NCBI RefSeq assembly: GCF_009914755.1
Contig: NC_060931.1
From: the human T2T-CHM13v2.0 reference genome, Homo sapiens
DNA: 64,000 bases
Reading direction: 5' to 3' (one strand)
Shown: positions 42,339 through 58,274 of the stretch, piece after piece
How positions within the stretch are numbered: the stretch's first letter is position 1
Layout: each line of letters starts with the position of its first letter
Position numbers and translations under genes: made by a program
The notes under the pieces: model-generated
Told to the model about the DNA's origin: nothing
Databases searched by the model: none
What the model saw: the letters and a program-made list of their open reading frames with translations, nothing else

Positions 42339-42645
42339 GGCCAGGCGTGGTGGTTCATGCCTGTAATCCCAGCACTTTGGGAGGCCAAGGCGGGCGGATC
42401 CCATGAGGTCAGTTTGCGACCAGCCCGGCCAATATGGTGAAATGCCATCTCTATTAAAAATACAAAACTTAGCTGGGCATGGTGGCACAAGCCTGTAGTC
42501 CCAGCTACTCGGGAGGCTGAGGTGCGAGGATCACTTGAACTGGGAGGCAGAGGTTGCAGTAAGCCGAGATTGTGCCACTGCCCTCCAGCCTGGGCGACAA
42601 AGTGAGACTCTGTCTGAAAAAAAAAAAAAAAGAAAAAAAAAAAAA
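42339..42645 (+). mobile_element. Alu (S-like)
   Basis: TSD aaaaggcat(t/c)gta. Confidence 0.92.
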
Positions 42646-43899
42646 AGGCATCGTAGAAGTTCCCACTAAATATAAGAGCAATAGCCATTTACTGAATATT
42701 TCCATCAGTGTATTATTTTGTTTAAGCCTTACTACAACCTATTAGTCAAACATTATCATTCCTAATTTACAGATTTTTTTTTTTTTAAAAAGGAAGGCTC
42801 AGAAAGTTGAAGGAACTTACATAAGGTCACACATGGAGCAAATTGTGGAGTTAAGATTTGAAGCAGGCAGGTCTGTACATCCTACACCCAGCACATTCTA
42901 AACTACTAACAATAACCAGTTCTCTTTCTTGCTTATTTCATGGAACTAAATGCTGAGTTATGTAACCCTCTTTCTGTCTTTGTGCACATGTGCCCAGGAG
43001 CTCTGATTTCTCCCCCACTGTGCCACCATGGGAAATACACAAACAGATCTTGAATTTGGCCCTGTCCCACCAGGGCTCAGAGGACTGAAGCTCAACTTTA
43101 CACAGCTCATGTTACTATTCTTTTCTTATAGCTATTCATCCTGTCCTGATTGTCTGCTGTAGTTTGAGGCTATTTTTGGCCTTTATTTTTTCACAAGAGT
43201 GCATATGATACCATGGAAACCAAATTATATTTTCATTTATTCTCATTCTATTTTAGGTTCAGTATTTAAATAACCCAGATGAATTCTGAATCACACAGAT
43301 TATCTTATCCCCTTTAACTACTGATTTAACTCCCTACTTCCCCAGTGTTAGTCCATGTTTAATTTCTTGTTTTAGCTTCTAACTGGCAAGCTACTGACAG
43401 TGTGCTTTGGGTTACTGTATATTCACTTTCCTTTGAGTTCCAGAGAACACTCCTTATCATTTACAGTTAAGATAAGCACTATCATCATAAGTCTCTCAGC
43501 CAACCCACGCTTCCCCTCCTCTCCCTGTAGTGCAAATCCATTGATAAAGAGAGCAGCAAGATAAAAGAATATTTTAGCAATCCACCCCCCTTCTCCTCAG
43601 TTCTCTAAGAACTAGGGGGTGAGAAATGTACAGAAGCAATGATGTCTAATGTCCCTAGGGATTTAGGGATATACAGAGAGTGGACGTGTTTGATTGCTAC
43701 CTTAACAAGGTGGGAGAGGGTGTATTTTATTTTTTAAATTTGTTATAATTTTAATAAAATTTCTTTCTGCATATCTTAGAGGTTTTTTTTAAAATTTCAA
43801 TATGTATACACTCTATTTTAGGTAAATAATCCCCTGTTGACAAGCATTTTAGATGTTCCCAACACTCCACCATTATAAACTCTGCTGGCATGCATCAAT

Positions 43900-44150
43900 A
43901 ATGACAGCAAACACTCATATAACATGTATCTTCATGTCTCAGATGCTGCTCCAAGTGCTTTGCAGACAGTGCCTCATTGAATCATCACAAAACCACGTGA
44001 GGTACATATAACTGTCATCCTCTCCACTCTCAAGAGCAAACTAAAGCACAGAGAAGCTATGTAACTTGCCTTGGGTTATCATGCTAGTAAGAGGTAGAAC
44101 TGAGGTAGGACGGATCCTGGGCTGTCTGAAGCCTGAGTATTACTCTATGC
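43900..44150. mobile_element. MIR
   Basis: CTCATTGAATCATCACAA...GAGCAAACTAAAGCACAGAGA...TAACTTGCC. Confidence 0.55.
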
Positions 44151-44777
44151 TACTTCTATGGCAAGAGTGTGATGGAACCTTAGGCTGCATGAGTACAAGG
44201 TTGTGCATCCATCAGATGAGGGCAGGGACTCCTGTCCGGACCCCTCACCCCCCACCCCACTGCAATATCCTAGCACCTGGAACAGTGGCAGGCACATGGT
44301 ATACGTTCTAGAAATAATTTATTGATGTGAATGAATAAATACATGAATGAATGATTCCTCTCAAATCAAAATTGAGAATAACGCATTTATCTGGCGCTAC
44401 CCACTCTGCTGGGGGCATTCATGCTCTGGAATAATGATGTCAGTGTGTTAGGGAGCAATGTTAAACCTCTAAATTGAAGTTTGGGCCAACATTCATCCTT
44501 TCAAAATTCCTTGTGCTAATGATTTTAAAGAGAAAGGACACCGGCAATGCATGTAGCCAAGCAAGTGTGCAGAATTACGGGTGGTAACTTTATGCCCCTG
44601 GGTGGTGGCTTGGCTTCAGTGGAAGGGAAATCGATCCCTCCCTTTATGTTGAAAAGCACTGTAATTATCTCGGCTGCTTTGAAGCCAGTGAAAGGTGGAA
44701 GATAAATATTTCAGAAGCACATTTAATGGGAGACATAAGCAACCCCTCCCAACAAGCAAAAAATGGTGTACATCTAC

Positions 44778-44915
44778 CTGTTCTGAAAAAAACTGGAAGC
44801 CCTTGTCCTCCCGAATACATTCATATGTTTCTCCAAGAACCGGATTAAATGGCTTGCTTCCAGCTCGGTAGTAGCTAGATGCATACGCTGATATGGCAAA
44901 GGCTGCCACATATAC
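44778..44915 (-). CDS. OSBPL3: OSBPL3 coding exon (probably 16; 138 nt)
   Basis: ttag|GTA...CAG|gtagat; [46 protein letters not shown] (KPFNPxLGETY motif). Confidence 0.97.
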
Positions 44916-45928
44916 CTAAGGACAAGAGAAAAGAACTTTGTCATTTCCGTGTCACCAAGAGCTTTATTGTTCACAAAGAACTAAACAAAATAAAACCTCT
45001 ATGATTTTCTTTCAGAAAGCCAAAGATTTGTCTTTGGTTGTTTTTAAACAACATAGGTTTAAAATTGTAGGTTTAAATAATGTTTATCTGGGCCCCAAAA
45101 CAAATTAACCCAATGTTTTAAAGCTGTCCATTTATCTTGATGCCTAAAAGTTGGGAGATGCTATAAAGACGATGACATTTCTAAACTGGACTACACTGTT
45201 TCTGGAAACTGTTAAGCTGAGTCCAGTACTTTTAAGCCTGACAGTATCTGAGGATCCTAATATGGTGCTAAGCCTTCAGGGGTGGAGTGGGGAAAGAGTA
45301 TTAAAAAAGGAGTGTTAAAAAATCCCTCCAAAACTCAGGAATCAGCATCATAAATTTAACCATTCAAAATGTGGTATTATAGAAACCAAAACATTCATTT
45401 TGACCAAAGAAAATCTGTGAGTCATTTCCTAAGCCTGGGAAACAAGCCACAGGATATAGTGACTTTAAAGTTCTGCTTTTTTGGGAGGAAAAGTGAAACA
45501 TCCAAAAAAAAAATTAAAATAAAGAGAGGAAGGAAGAAAAACTTTACGTGAACACGAAGTGAACAAACTCTCTGGGCAGCCCTTACTGTGAGGTCTTGGC
45601 GTCTTTAGCAATTCCCCGTCAGGGCATCAGGGAGGCACATTACCTTCTTTGTCTTTTCTTCCATGTATGTAACAACAGTTAAGCCTAAGCAGGGATGTCC
45701 AATTTTCCTTTCTAATGTCAGGTAGTAACAATCTCAAGATTTCTTCTTCCCAGCACATTTCGTGCAGTTTCTTATACTGAAGAAGAGCTGAGTGCCTTTC
45801 ATAAATGCCCACTAGTCACATAACCTTCTGCTAAATTTTTGATGTTGCCTGTAATAGGGACCACCTCACCACCTCATGCTATAGAATTCTCTAGAGCAGC
45901 TGGATGGCTTATAAAAATCAGCTATACT

Positions 45929-46554
<626 letters not shown>

Positions 46555-47230
46555 TCAACTGCACTCAAGTCAGTCCTACTTGTGACTGCCTGTGTTCTTG
46601 AAACCTGGGTGTCTGTTCCTCTTCCTGCTTCTCCACATTGGTGACCTGTGAAACAGTACAGCCACACTGTGTATGGAATGCTGAATCAACCCTTAATCAC
46701 CTTCACCATGTAAAATAGAACACAACCGATGAAAGAACCTAGTGCCATTCATGATGTTGTGGGGAAGACAGAGCGAAGGGGAGGCAGAAGGAAGCACTCT
46801 CCCTGTGGGTTGGTGGCATGAGGGAGAGTCCAGGCAGGGGCATAAGCAGACGTGCAGGACAGTAAACAAAACCCATGAGATAAGACTCCTGCTTAGTGGT
46901 TATGTTGGGGATGAGAAGCCTCTCCTCAAACCTCTGCTCAAGGTCAATTACACTGATCAATCAGCTGAATATCCTAAGGGTCTCTAAATTGCCACAGCAT
47001 GAAACATCTTTAAGAAACTTTCATCCTCAAAGCCAATCATTTCCTTTAAAGAAAAGAGCTGTCCACAAATGCTGACTTTTAACACTTGCTTAGAAGCTAT
47101 TTCTAGAAGATTTGCCTTCCTTTTATTCAGCAAAAATTATCTGGGGACAAGTAACAAAGAAGAGTTTAAAAAATACAGCTTGTTTTTGTCTCCTACCCTG
47201 ATTATCAGTAACAAGAAAGAAAGTCTCTTG

Positions 47231-47380
47231 GGCCAGGTACAGTGACTCATGCCTGTAATCCCAGCATTTTGGGAGGCCAGGGCAGGAGGGTTGCTTGAGT
47301 CTAGGAGTTCGAGGTTGCAGTGAGGTAGGACTGCACCGCTGCACTCCAGCCTGGGTGACAAAGACCCTGACTCAAAAAAA
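47231..47380 (+). mobile_element. Alu monomer (FAM/FRAM-like)
   Basis: TSD agaaagtctctt. Confidence 0.85.
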
Positions 47381-48312
47381 GAGAAAGTCTCTTTGATGGG
47401 GAGGCCCTGGAGACTGGGCAGAATGACTATGGGCTATCCCTCTCAGACAGCAGTTAAGATTCCCCCTTAATCTTCAAATCATTGAAGTAATGATGTTTTA
47501 ATGAGCGCTAGAACTGCAGAATGCTTAGAATGTAGAAAATAATAGCATCCTCTATCAATGGGGAGTGTCGGCAGGGCTAGGTCTGTGAAGCCGAGGGGGC
47601 ACTCCAATTCCAATGTAGCCAATTGGCAAATGCCCAGGAGAGAGACTCTGCATCTGGGGGACACTGCTGTCCCAGCATCCCATAGAGACAATGACCTTAC
47701 TGCTCTAAGGTCACTGAATATAAGGAAGCAAAAAGCGGTACAGACACCCACGTTCAAGAACAAAGTTAGTCACAGTCATAGAGAGGGCTGATCTGCCCAG
47801 AGTCTTGCCCTTTGGGTACTCCCTTCCCAATCTCCCTACCCATGAGATGGGGGAAAGATGAGAAATACTTGGAAGCCCTTTTAAAAGCCAGCATGCTGTG
47901 ACTGGAGCTGATGCCCAGTAGGGAAGAGAAGGCTTTTCTACGATTTTTTTTAAGTACTCTATAAAATAAGAGGGAGAGAGAAAAAAAGAATATTTCTGAT
48001 GTGAAAACCTCCTCTTGTGAACTTTATTTTCCAAAAACCTAGGAGCTGATGGGACAATTCCAGAAATAAACACAAACATTCTCAGGGGAAACTTACCCTG
48101 GATGAGAAAAACAGCTCGAGAAATTAAATTCTGTCCACCCAGGGAAGTAAAAATAAACATGCAGACAGCCCTAAAGACATGTTTTCCAGCCGGGCACATC
48201 GGAACAATCAGCCAGAAGGCTTCTGGAGAAAGAGGAAGCACAAACCCACAGAACAGAACTACCCCAGGCACCAAGTGCCACGGAGAAGCACCCCAACCCC
48301 GTCTCCAAATCC

Positions 48313-48495
48313 TCACAAGGTGACTGGAAACAGCCAGGCGGAGGAAGCCAGACAGCTCTGAGTAATGAACCTGTTTACGGAACAATCAAAATGAAACCGG
48401 AGGGAACAGGGGCTGTCTCTCTGATGGGCCCCGTGAATGGCCTCGTGGCTTGGGGACCGAGGCTGGACAGTGGCAAGGGAAGGCTGACTCCTCAC
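48313..48495 (-). CDS. OSBPL3: In-frame intronic extension of exon 15 (alternative 60-aa C-terminus of a truncated ORP3 isoform)
   Basis: Reading through the 48495 donor gives [60 protein letters not shown]; consistent with my recollection of exon-15-extended ORP3 variants. Confidence 0.6.
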   Translation of the reverse strand: MRSQPSLATVQPRSPSHEAIHGAHQRDSPCSLRFHFDCSVNRFITQSCLASSAWLFPVTL

Positions 48496-48746
48496 CATCC
48501 TTTCCAGGGGGCTGGGAATCTGCGCGGCCTTGTCCAGGAGCTCGCTGTACTCCAGCTCCTCGCAGAGCCTCTGCAGCGTGTTCAGGGGCTCGTTCAGCTC
48601 CACCGGCATGGCCACCTTGGACAGGTCCTTCCCGATGTTGTTCCTCAGGATGTTCCACAGGCTGATGTTACTGCTGCTCGGGCAGGGCGCCGGCAGGCAC
48701 GTTCTTCTCCGGGACTTCGCTTCCCGACCACTATCAAGGACAGGCC
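48496..48746 (-). CDS. OSBPL3: OSBPL3 coding exon (probably 15; 251 nt), start of ORD
   Basis: tcag|GG...ATG|gtgagg; [20 protein letters not shown]...[56 protein letters not shown] (OSBP-family GKDLSK/NEPL motifs). Confidence 0.97.
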
Positions 48747-49325
48747 CTGAAAGGGAAAGAGGCCTGGTTGTCTCTATAAAGCTTTTCATTTTATTCTATT
48801 ATTTTTAATCCACGAATAAAACCTTACGTAGCAAGTAGTCAATGTTACTATTAAACTCAGTTGTTCAGAGTATGGCTGAAGTCAGAAAACCGGCAAAAGA
48901 ATTCTGAGCAATTAAATACCAAAAATGACACACACTAAAACCCATCGACTTTATTCACAGGGAAGACCTTGAATTGCTCCTCAAAACCTAGTTCCTCATA
49001 GCTCATACACACTTAGAATAAAACTGGAAATTGGATTTCTATGCCTATAGTTGCTTATTGTTTATAAAAACTTGTAAACTTTTTAAAAAATCACTTTAAA
49101 TTCTGGTAAAACAATTGTGTTTATTACAGGAAAACTATAAAGGAAATAATGGTCTTTTCATTGCTCCACCACCCCAAAATAGCAGCCATTTATATATTAG
49201 AGTATCTTCATTTCGTGTTTTCTCCATTTGTGTTGTTCATACTGTATACGTATTTTATATTCTGCTTGTTCAGCTAACAGAGTATTTTTCCATATTATTT
49301 AAAATTTTTCTAAAACATCAGTTTT

Positions 49326-50090
49326 TGCTCAATATCACTAATCATTAGAGAAATGCAAATCAAAACCACAATGAGATATCATCTCATACCAATCAGAATA
49401 GCAATTACTAAAAAGTCAAAAAATAACATGCTGGTGAGGCTGCAGAGAAAAGGGAATACTTATACACTACTGGCGGGAATGTAATTAGCTCAGCCATTGT
49501 GGAAAGCAGTTTGGCAATTTCTCAAAGAACTTAAAACAGAACTGCCACTCAACTCAGCAATCCCATTACTGACTATATACCCAAAGGAATATATATTGTT
49601 CTACCATAAAGACGCATGCACGTGTATGTTTATCACAGCACTATTCCCAACAGCAAAGACATGGAATCAATTTAAATGCCCATCAACAGTAGACTAGATA
49701 AAGAAAATGTGGTACATATACACCATGGAATACTGTGCAGCCATAAAAAAGAATGGGATCATAGCCTTTGCAGCAACATAGATGGAGCTGGAGGCCGTTA
49801 ACTAAGCAAACTAACACAGGAAGAGAAAACCAAATGCATGTTCTCACTTGTAAAGGGGTACTAAACGTTAGTTCACATGAACATAAAGAAGGGAACCATA
49901 GACACCAGGGCCTACTGGAATGTGGAGAGTGGGTGGAGGGTGGGTAGTGGGTGAGGATCAAAAACCTACCTATTTGGTGCTATGCTTATTACCTTGGTGA
50001 TGAAATAATCTGTACAGCAACCACCGTGACATGCAATTTACCTATAGAACAAACCTGCACATGTACCCCTGAACCTAAGAGTTTAATAAA
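49326..50090 (+). mobile_element. L1PA/L1PB 3' end (ORF2 C-terminus plus 3' UTR)
   Basis: AGAGAAATGCAAATCAAAACCACAATGAGATA; WKAVWQFLKELKTELP...WNQFKCPS; AACCTGCACATGTACCCCTGAACCTAA. Confidence 0.88.
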
Positions 50091-50829
50091 TCATTTTTAA
50101 AGACTGTAAAATATTTTTTGCCTATATCTTTATTTTCTTAGGATATGAAGAAGCGGGATTACTATGTCAACAACTCTGAATGTTGTTAGACTTCTGATTC
50201 ACATGATCAGACTGCTTTTCAAAAAGGCTGCCCCCAACTTCCCCATTTATCGGCAGCAGATGTGAACATCCATCTCCTGAGGCCTCTTCAGGCTTGTCAT
50301 TTTCATTTTTAATTTCTGTCAAATTGTCAGGTGGACAGTGTAACCACCTTGTTCTAGCTTACATTTAAAAGATTTCCTGTGTGGTTTGGAGTGCTTTCAT
50401 GAGCACTTCTTCTTTGCTGAATTGTCTGCCTTCCTATTTATGTATTAACACCATACTCTCTTGTTTTATATTTGTTTTACAATTCAATCCCCACTTGGTA
50501 TTTACCTTTAAATTTGGCCCATGGAGTATTTTGATGAATGAAACATATTTTAGGTATGCCAATCTATCAATCTTTTCCTTCGTTTCATGCTCTGAAATTC
50601 CTATCCTCCATTGTGCCTGTTTTCAAATGAAATCTCTTGCATATTATTTTTATTTATATATCAATAAACATACTTTGTTGATATATATTTTATTAAACAT
50701 ATATATTTAACATTTACTTATTATAAAGCCAATCACTGAATAAAGGGGCTGCTCTGATGAACAGAAACACATGAAAACAGGGCCACACTGTGCATCTCAT
50801 GTTAATCTAATCATCCAATTAACTTCTGA

Positions 50830-51157
<328 letters not shown>

Positions 51158-51225
51158 TAATATGGGTAAATACAACATAGGTAAGTAGCTGCAAATGGCA
51201 GTTTTAAAATTAATTAATTAAATAT

Positions 51226-51513
51226 TGAGATAGGGTCTTTCTCAACAGGGTCACTCAGGCTGGAGTGCGGTGGTATGATCATAGCTCACTGTAACCTCGA
51301 ACTCCCGGGCCTAAACAATTGTTCCACCTCAGTCTCCTGAGTAGCTCAGACTACAGACATGCTACACCACGCCTGGCTAGTTTTTGTATCTTTTTTAGAG
51401 ACAGGATCTTGCTATGTTGCGCAGGCTGGTCTCAAACTCTTGGCCTAAAGCAATCCTCCTGCCTCAGCCTCCCAAAGTGTTGGGATTATAGGTGTGAGCC
51501 ACTGTGCCTTGCC
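51226..51513 (-). mobile_element. Alu (J-like)
   Basis: Diverged dimer. Confidence 0.88.
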
Positions 51514-51624
51514 TGTAGTCATTTTTGAAAACAATTTTTCATGTAGTCTCAAAAAATTTTCTTTGATTACACTAATCTGAATTTTGAAAGCATGCTACTC
51601 CACCGCCATCATCACCACCAATAC

Positions 51625-51875
51625 TACTAACAGCTAACACATATCTTGCATTTTATTCTGTGACAGGCAGTCTTCTAAGCATTTCACATGCATTATTCCT
51701 ACTTATCCTATGTAACTACCACTTGTGGTAAACAGTATTATTATCCCCATTTCACAGATGAAGAAAATGAGGCATAGAGGAAGTAAGTATCTGGTCCCAG
51801 AACACACAACCACTGAGTGGCAGAGCTGGGGCTAACCAAGGAAGTCTGGTCCCTTAATCTGTATTCTTAAACACT
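51625..51875. mobile_element. MIR
   Basis: TATTATTATCCCCATTTCACAGATGAAGAAAATGAGGCATAGAG core. Confidence 0.7.
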
Positions 51876-52224
51876 TAACTTCCCCAAAGTACCCAGCATA
51901 GAGACAGGTCCTAATATGTGCCCAGCAACACTGTGGGGAAGAAATTAATAGGAAACACTCTAAAAACCTCATGTTTACTATAAACTCAAAGAATAACAGT
52001 GTAGCAAGATCTTGGTCCTAACACAGGCAAAATGATGATATGAAATGTAAAGGTTATTTCTGTATCCAATCTTTTCAGTAGAGTATTGATGCTTAGAAAT
52101 ATAATCTCCCCCAACCCCTGGGAATGTCTGTAAAGAACTAGGGGACACACATTTCTAGTATTCAAACACTGACAAAGAAGAAAACTGGGTTTTGCCCAGT
52201 GTTTGTTCAAGAAAGGCAATGTAG

Positions 52225-52526
<302 letters not shown>

Positions 52527-53715
52527 TTAGTTAGCATTCTCGCAACATGAATGTAAACTACGACAGAACCAGCTCTAACCTCTAAGCTTTTCCTGGCTGG
52601 TGTCAACACAGCACAGCTGTGGACTTAGGTTCTGAACCATGTCCTCTCTTGACCTTTGACCTCTGAACATTCCATTAACTTTGTGCTTCCTATGGCTCCC
52701 TCTCCATAGACTCAAAGAAATGGAGGACTTCCACATTTGTCAATCCTCCTCATCTACAGTGGGAGCACCACTTTAGTGTGCATGCTGTTTGCCAAGGGAG
52801 TGATGTTTCTTCATTTCTCTTTCAACTTGCCTCCTTGTTTTTCTAGAAAAATAAGCAGCACACAAACTTGCTCCAGTGTTTTTGGCCTTCTTCTTCAAAC
52901 CCACTGGTTCTTAGACCTTTCCACTAAGGGGTTCATCTCCCAAGAAACATTTCAAACAAAATACCAACCACGATGAGCATCTTACTTCTAGCAGGTGTGA
53001 TACTGAAAGGATACTCTTCCAAAGCATGGTAAAATTACCTGCTTTCTTCCCCTATACTGCGGTCCCCCAAAAGGTGGCTCTTAACCATTCAGATAACAAT
53101 TCATCCGTTCACACATACACACTGAGCTGAGGAACATTGAAATATCAAAAAGGTGCCTGGCATGGTCCCTCTCCTTTGTGAAGATATGAAAATAGGTGGT
53201 GCTTTGAGTATCCAATGCATAGTGCAGACAAACCTAGAGACTCCAAGGCAGACTGAGTACCAAGACTGATAAGTGCTTGATGCTACGAGGACCCATGCAG
53301 AGAACTGTTCAGGTGGGCAGATTCTTTTTAAGGGCACCTTCCTAAACAGGCCAGTCTGCTTACTGAAGTCCTAAATCAGAGCTGTTTGGGGGGCTAGCCA
53401 GACACTCCAGATATTCCACAGTTCGAACTAGCATTATGAAATATCTTTCCTGCCCATCATTTCCCATCTTGGGATCAACCAGTAATAAAGGGTCATCTTA
53501 GGATACCCTGATGGGTCCGTCCAAGAGATAGCCATTTGTTACTTTCAAATGTGTTGTTTTGAAGACTCTGAAGCTAAATGACCACCTGGATCATATCTTT
53601 TATTATGTAAGTCCTATCACATTCCTAAATTATAAAAACCCCCTGATATCTCAGGGCAAAAAGCCATATTCTAACATGTCCTGAGAGAGAACATTAGAGT
53701 GCAAAAGGGATATCT

Positions 53716-54001
53716 GGCCCAGGCACGGTGGCTCACGCCTGTAATCCCAGCACTCTGGGAGGCAGAGGCAGGTAGATCACTTGACGTCAGGAGTTCAAGA
53801 CCAGCCTGGGTAATATGGTGAAACCTCGTCTCCACCGAAAAATACAAAACTTAGCTGGGCATGGTGGTGCGTGCCTGTATTCTCCAGTTACTCCAGAGGC
53901 TAAGGCAGGAGAATCGCTTTAACCCGGGAGGCAGAGGCTGCAGTGAGCTAAGACTGCACCATTGTACTCCAGCCTGGGGACAGAAAGAGACTCCATCTCA
54001 C

Positions 54002-54030
<29 letters not shown>
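53716..54030 (+). mobile_element. Alu (S-like)
   Basis: Full dimer with long poly-A tail. Confidence 0.92.
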
Positions 54031-54032
<2 letters not shown>

Positions 54033-54237
54033 TATGTGTTACATTTTTTATATTCCTATAATTGGCATACACTCACTTTATAAAAATAAAAATTTGCATA
54101 AGCAGACAAATTTATTTGAATTAACACATCTTTCACATGTGGGTGCTAGATTATAAAATCCTAGGGGGTGGGGTCCATGTCTTAGTTTTCTTACATACTA
54201 CTTGCTAGAGCTCTTTGCTTGTAGCGGGTCCTCTACA

Positions 54238-54635
54238 CAGCTCACCCTTGAACAACACAGGTTTGAACCGCATCAGTCCACTCGTATGCAGGTTTTCTTC
54301 TGCCTCTGCTACCCTTGAGATAGCAAGACCAACCCCTTCTCTTCTTCCTCCTCCTCAGCCTACTCAACATGAAGATGACCAGGATGATGACCTTTATGAT
54401 GATCCCCTTAACGAATTGTAAATATGTTTTCTGTTCTAATGATTTTTTTAATAAAATTTTCTTTCCTCTAGCTTACTTTATTGTAAGATTACAGCCTCAA
54501 ATACACATAACACACAAAATATGTGTTAATCGAATGTTAGTAGTTACATCTTTGGGGAGTCAAAAGTTATACATGGATTTTCATCTGCATGGGGTATCAG
54601 CACCTTGAACCCCCATATTGTTCAAGAGTCAACTA
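54238..54635 (+). mobile_element. Tigger2a (MER28)-like DNA transposon
   Basis: TIRs CAGCTCACCCTTGAACAAC / TTGTTCAAGAGTCAACTA; internal GAAGATGA-GACCTTTATGATGATCC. Confidence 0.82.
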
Positions 54636-54698
54636 TACAACTTATTAGTATTGTATGAAAATCCAAACTTTTCAGAGATTAAATAATGTAAATCTTAC

Positions 54699-54792
54699 CC
54701 AAGGTCTGTCTCTCATTATCTAAATCATTACTGAGATTATCTAAGGAAAGATTATCACTTATGTCACTGACATATGAGTCATCATCAGAAAT
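54699..54792 (-). CDS. OSBPL3: OSBPL3 coding exon (probably 14; 94 nt)
   Basis: atag|ATT...TTGG|gtaaga; ISDDDSYVSDISDNLSLDNLSNDLDNERQTL(G); phase matches neighbours. Confidence 0.95.
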
Positions 54793-55456
54793 CTATGGGA
54801 AAGAAGAAATAACATTCATTAGAGTTAGAATAAACAAGAGCCAGATTTTCATAAAACCCTTACTCTAAATGATCAAACATGTTGAGTCTCACAGTACAAA
54901 TACTCTTGGGTACTGTTTTCATAAAGGTCCATATACCAATCTGCCAAGGAGGTGTTCACAACAAACACCTGTTCTTAAAATTCTTACACATTCCGAATTA
55001 GTTCTCACAAGGAAAACAGCAAGCAAGCTCAAGACTGTTATTATAAAGATTCTTATTAATTCTGACTGCATTTTTAGAATTTATTAGTGTTTGAGTAGAA
55101 GAAGTTACAATTTGTCTTTGAGCTATTTGTGTAAAAAGTATCTTCTATGGGAATTAATACATAAACAAAATGACTAAGTCTGTATTTAAGGGGTAACATT
55201 ATTAGTACACACTGTTAACTATAATAACTCTTATTCAGGAAAGGATAATTTTTATGCATCAATTTAAAACAAATAATGCTATAAACCAATATTACAATAA
55301 CCATATTATCATAAAAATATAATTATATATTATAAATCAATATGTCAAATTCCATGATTAAAAAATATACGGGATGCTAATTTCCTTCTCTATAGTAGAC
55401 ACATTATTAAATAGGTAGAAGTCAAAACTATTAACCTGTACTTGAAAAGAAGTATA

Positions 55457-56053
<597 letters not shown>

Positions 56054-56287
56054 TCAAGTTACAGAAATGAGAAAATATCCAATGCTCTCTACTTTTACTT
56101 TTTCTTCTCACATATAGTATCATTTTATACTTTTTGGGTATGAGTTATGGGAGAACTCTCAGAACATAATGACTACAAAGGGCAACTGAGTTTAGTGTTT
56201 CTGATGATGGATTATTTACTGAACAGATTAATCAGCAAAGCAACAAGAGAGATTTTTGAGGCACCATACTGTAAACATTGCTCAAAC

Positions 56288-56422
56288 CTCGTTTTCTGAA
56301 GAGCTTGGAGATAACAGAACTTCCTGAGCATCAAAAAACTCAGAAAGGGAGTCAGTGATGGAGAGTCTACTTTCATTAGAAAGCTGATGAACTAGAGCTC
56401 GGTTTTCATCTCTGGAGTTTTC
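56288..56422 (-). CDS. OSBPL3: OSBPL3 coding exon (probably 13; 135 nt) with FFAT motif
   Basis: atag|GAA...GAG|gtttga; [45 protein letters not shown]; EFFDAQE at 56341-56321. Confidence 0.96.
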
Positions 56423-58274
56423 CTATTTGAAGAACAAAACCAAAAATGTATACATTTAAAAACATTCTCAAGAGAAAGAAAATAAATGATTTAGTTGTAC
56501 AATACACAAGGTCACAGGCCCATGCAAATAAGCAACTCAAAGCAGAAGTCAGCTCCAACACTGAGATGCGAGCCTCATGCAAAACACAAAAGTTCTCCCC
56601 CAATATGGGCACCTCACTTACAGGCACTATCACTTCTCACACACATGCAACAAATCACAAGGCAAAAAACAACTGTCCAGGTCACTCTTTGTTCCATTTA
56701 AAAGGGGAAAAATTCCAGTGCTCTCTGAATCATATCCTCTTATTCGCTACCACTGCTGGATGTTTCTTTTTATACTAAAATCTCCTCTGCATTGCACTGA
56801 ATTCATGTCCTTGCATGGCTGGTTCAGAGCAACATAGCTTTCTTCTGCCCCTATGCTCTCTGAGGGAACAATATGCTGCTTTTGAGGTGTCCCTTGACAA
56901 ATACACAGTGTGTTTTGGTCCAGAAGCACCCTGGTGGCAGATCATTTACTATTCATGGATGAATGATGTAAGTTCTCTTTGTCTGTCTCTTTCCACCTAC
57001 AATGACTGCAAGGAAAGGAAGTCCCCAGTCCTCTTTATAAGCCTCTGTACAAATAACACAACAGAACATCATTGTTTTCTTATCTCGCATGACCCTCCAT
57101 TCTCCACTCCACTGGGTCTGGACTTTCCCTCTGGGGAGGACTTAAGTCCTGAGCTGGCCATGGCAGGATATAACAATGAACCAGACAAGGTTTGTGGACT
57201 GAATGAATGGTGAGAGAACGCATCCAACGCACATCAGACCAGGCCTGTGGAATAGACAAAGTGCTGGCAAAGTGGAGAGACTGATTCTGATTAGGGAGAT
57301 TTTGTTTGAGGAGGGCTTCATAGAAGTGGCACTTGAGGAAAAAGAACAGATTCAGGACAGGATGATTTGATTTCTTTCAATCAGAGTAGACAGGTAGTAG
57401 TAAAACCACTCGTATTTTTTATTGGGCTAACAAAGGAGTTGCTTCCACATCATCCAGAATAATTTGGGGAAAAGGCAGATTATATCTTGCCCAGAAATTG
57501 TCTGAATTCAGGATATACCCCTCAGTCTCATAGGGAGGGGATGCTATGACAGGAGGGCCACAGCAGATTTTCGTAATTAATAAAAGGCAAGTGGTCCCTT
57601 TACAAATTGCTTGCTTCAGTTTATTAATATGTATCTACAAACTGTTGAAATAGATATCCCTTTCCTAAATAAGGCATCTGCCCAAGGTATTAACAATCCT
57701 ACCCATTTTAATACCCATGTAGCCTTCTGAAAACCAAGCCTCTTCTCTACCCTAACAAAGAGATCACTTTAGAATCTATAAGTATCACAGCTGTTAACTT
57801 CAAGGAAAAGGTCTCTCTCCTCAAAAGAGCCAGGCATAAAGCTATTGAGCTTGAAAACATCGTAAGGAATAGCTTCAACACTCACTCAAACAAGAGAATA
57901 GTCCTGTGTCTTCCGTGTGCTCCTGCCACAAAAGATGCTCATCATTTATTTACTTGTTCTACTCATTAATTTATTACTAGTCACTCCTGCCATCTCTGTA
58001 TCTTCCTCCTCCTAGACTGATGGGTCCAAAGATTTCCTGGCTGACCAACACTGAAAATAATATTCCTAGCCCCTAGCCCTTTCTGGCATCTTCTTATATG
58101 TACTGTAAACTCACCAGCACTGCTGCACCCCAAGTCTACAGCATGGTGCCTTAAACAACTCAGGACCTCATTTGCTAAAATATTAACCCAGTCAGTTCAA
58201 TTCAGTAATTTCCTTTCACATATGTAATGCATGACTGGTTGCTTATCTATTGTTTGCATTACAAAAAGTTAAAT

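Noticed and set aside
44616-44777. In-frame read-through past the exon 16 donor
   Set aside because: No supporting motif or known isoform; open by chance
47711-48385. 224-aa minus-strand ORF
   Set aside because: Non-ATG start, no recognisable domain, intronic composition; most likely a chance ORF
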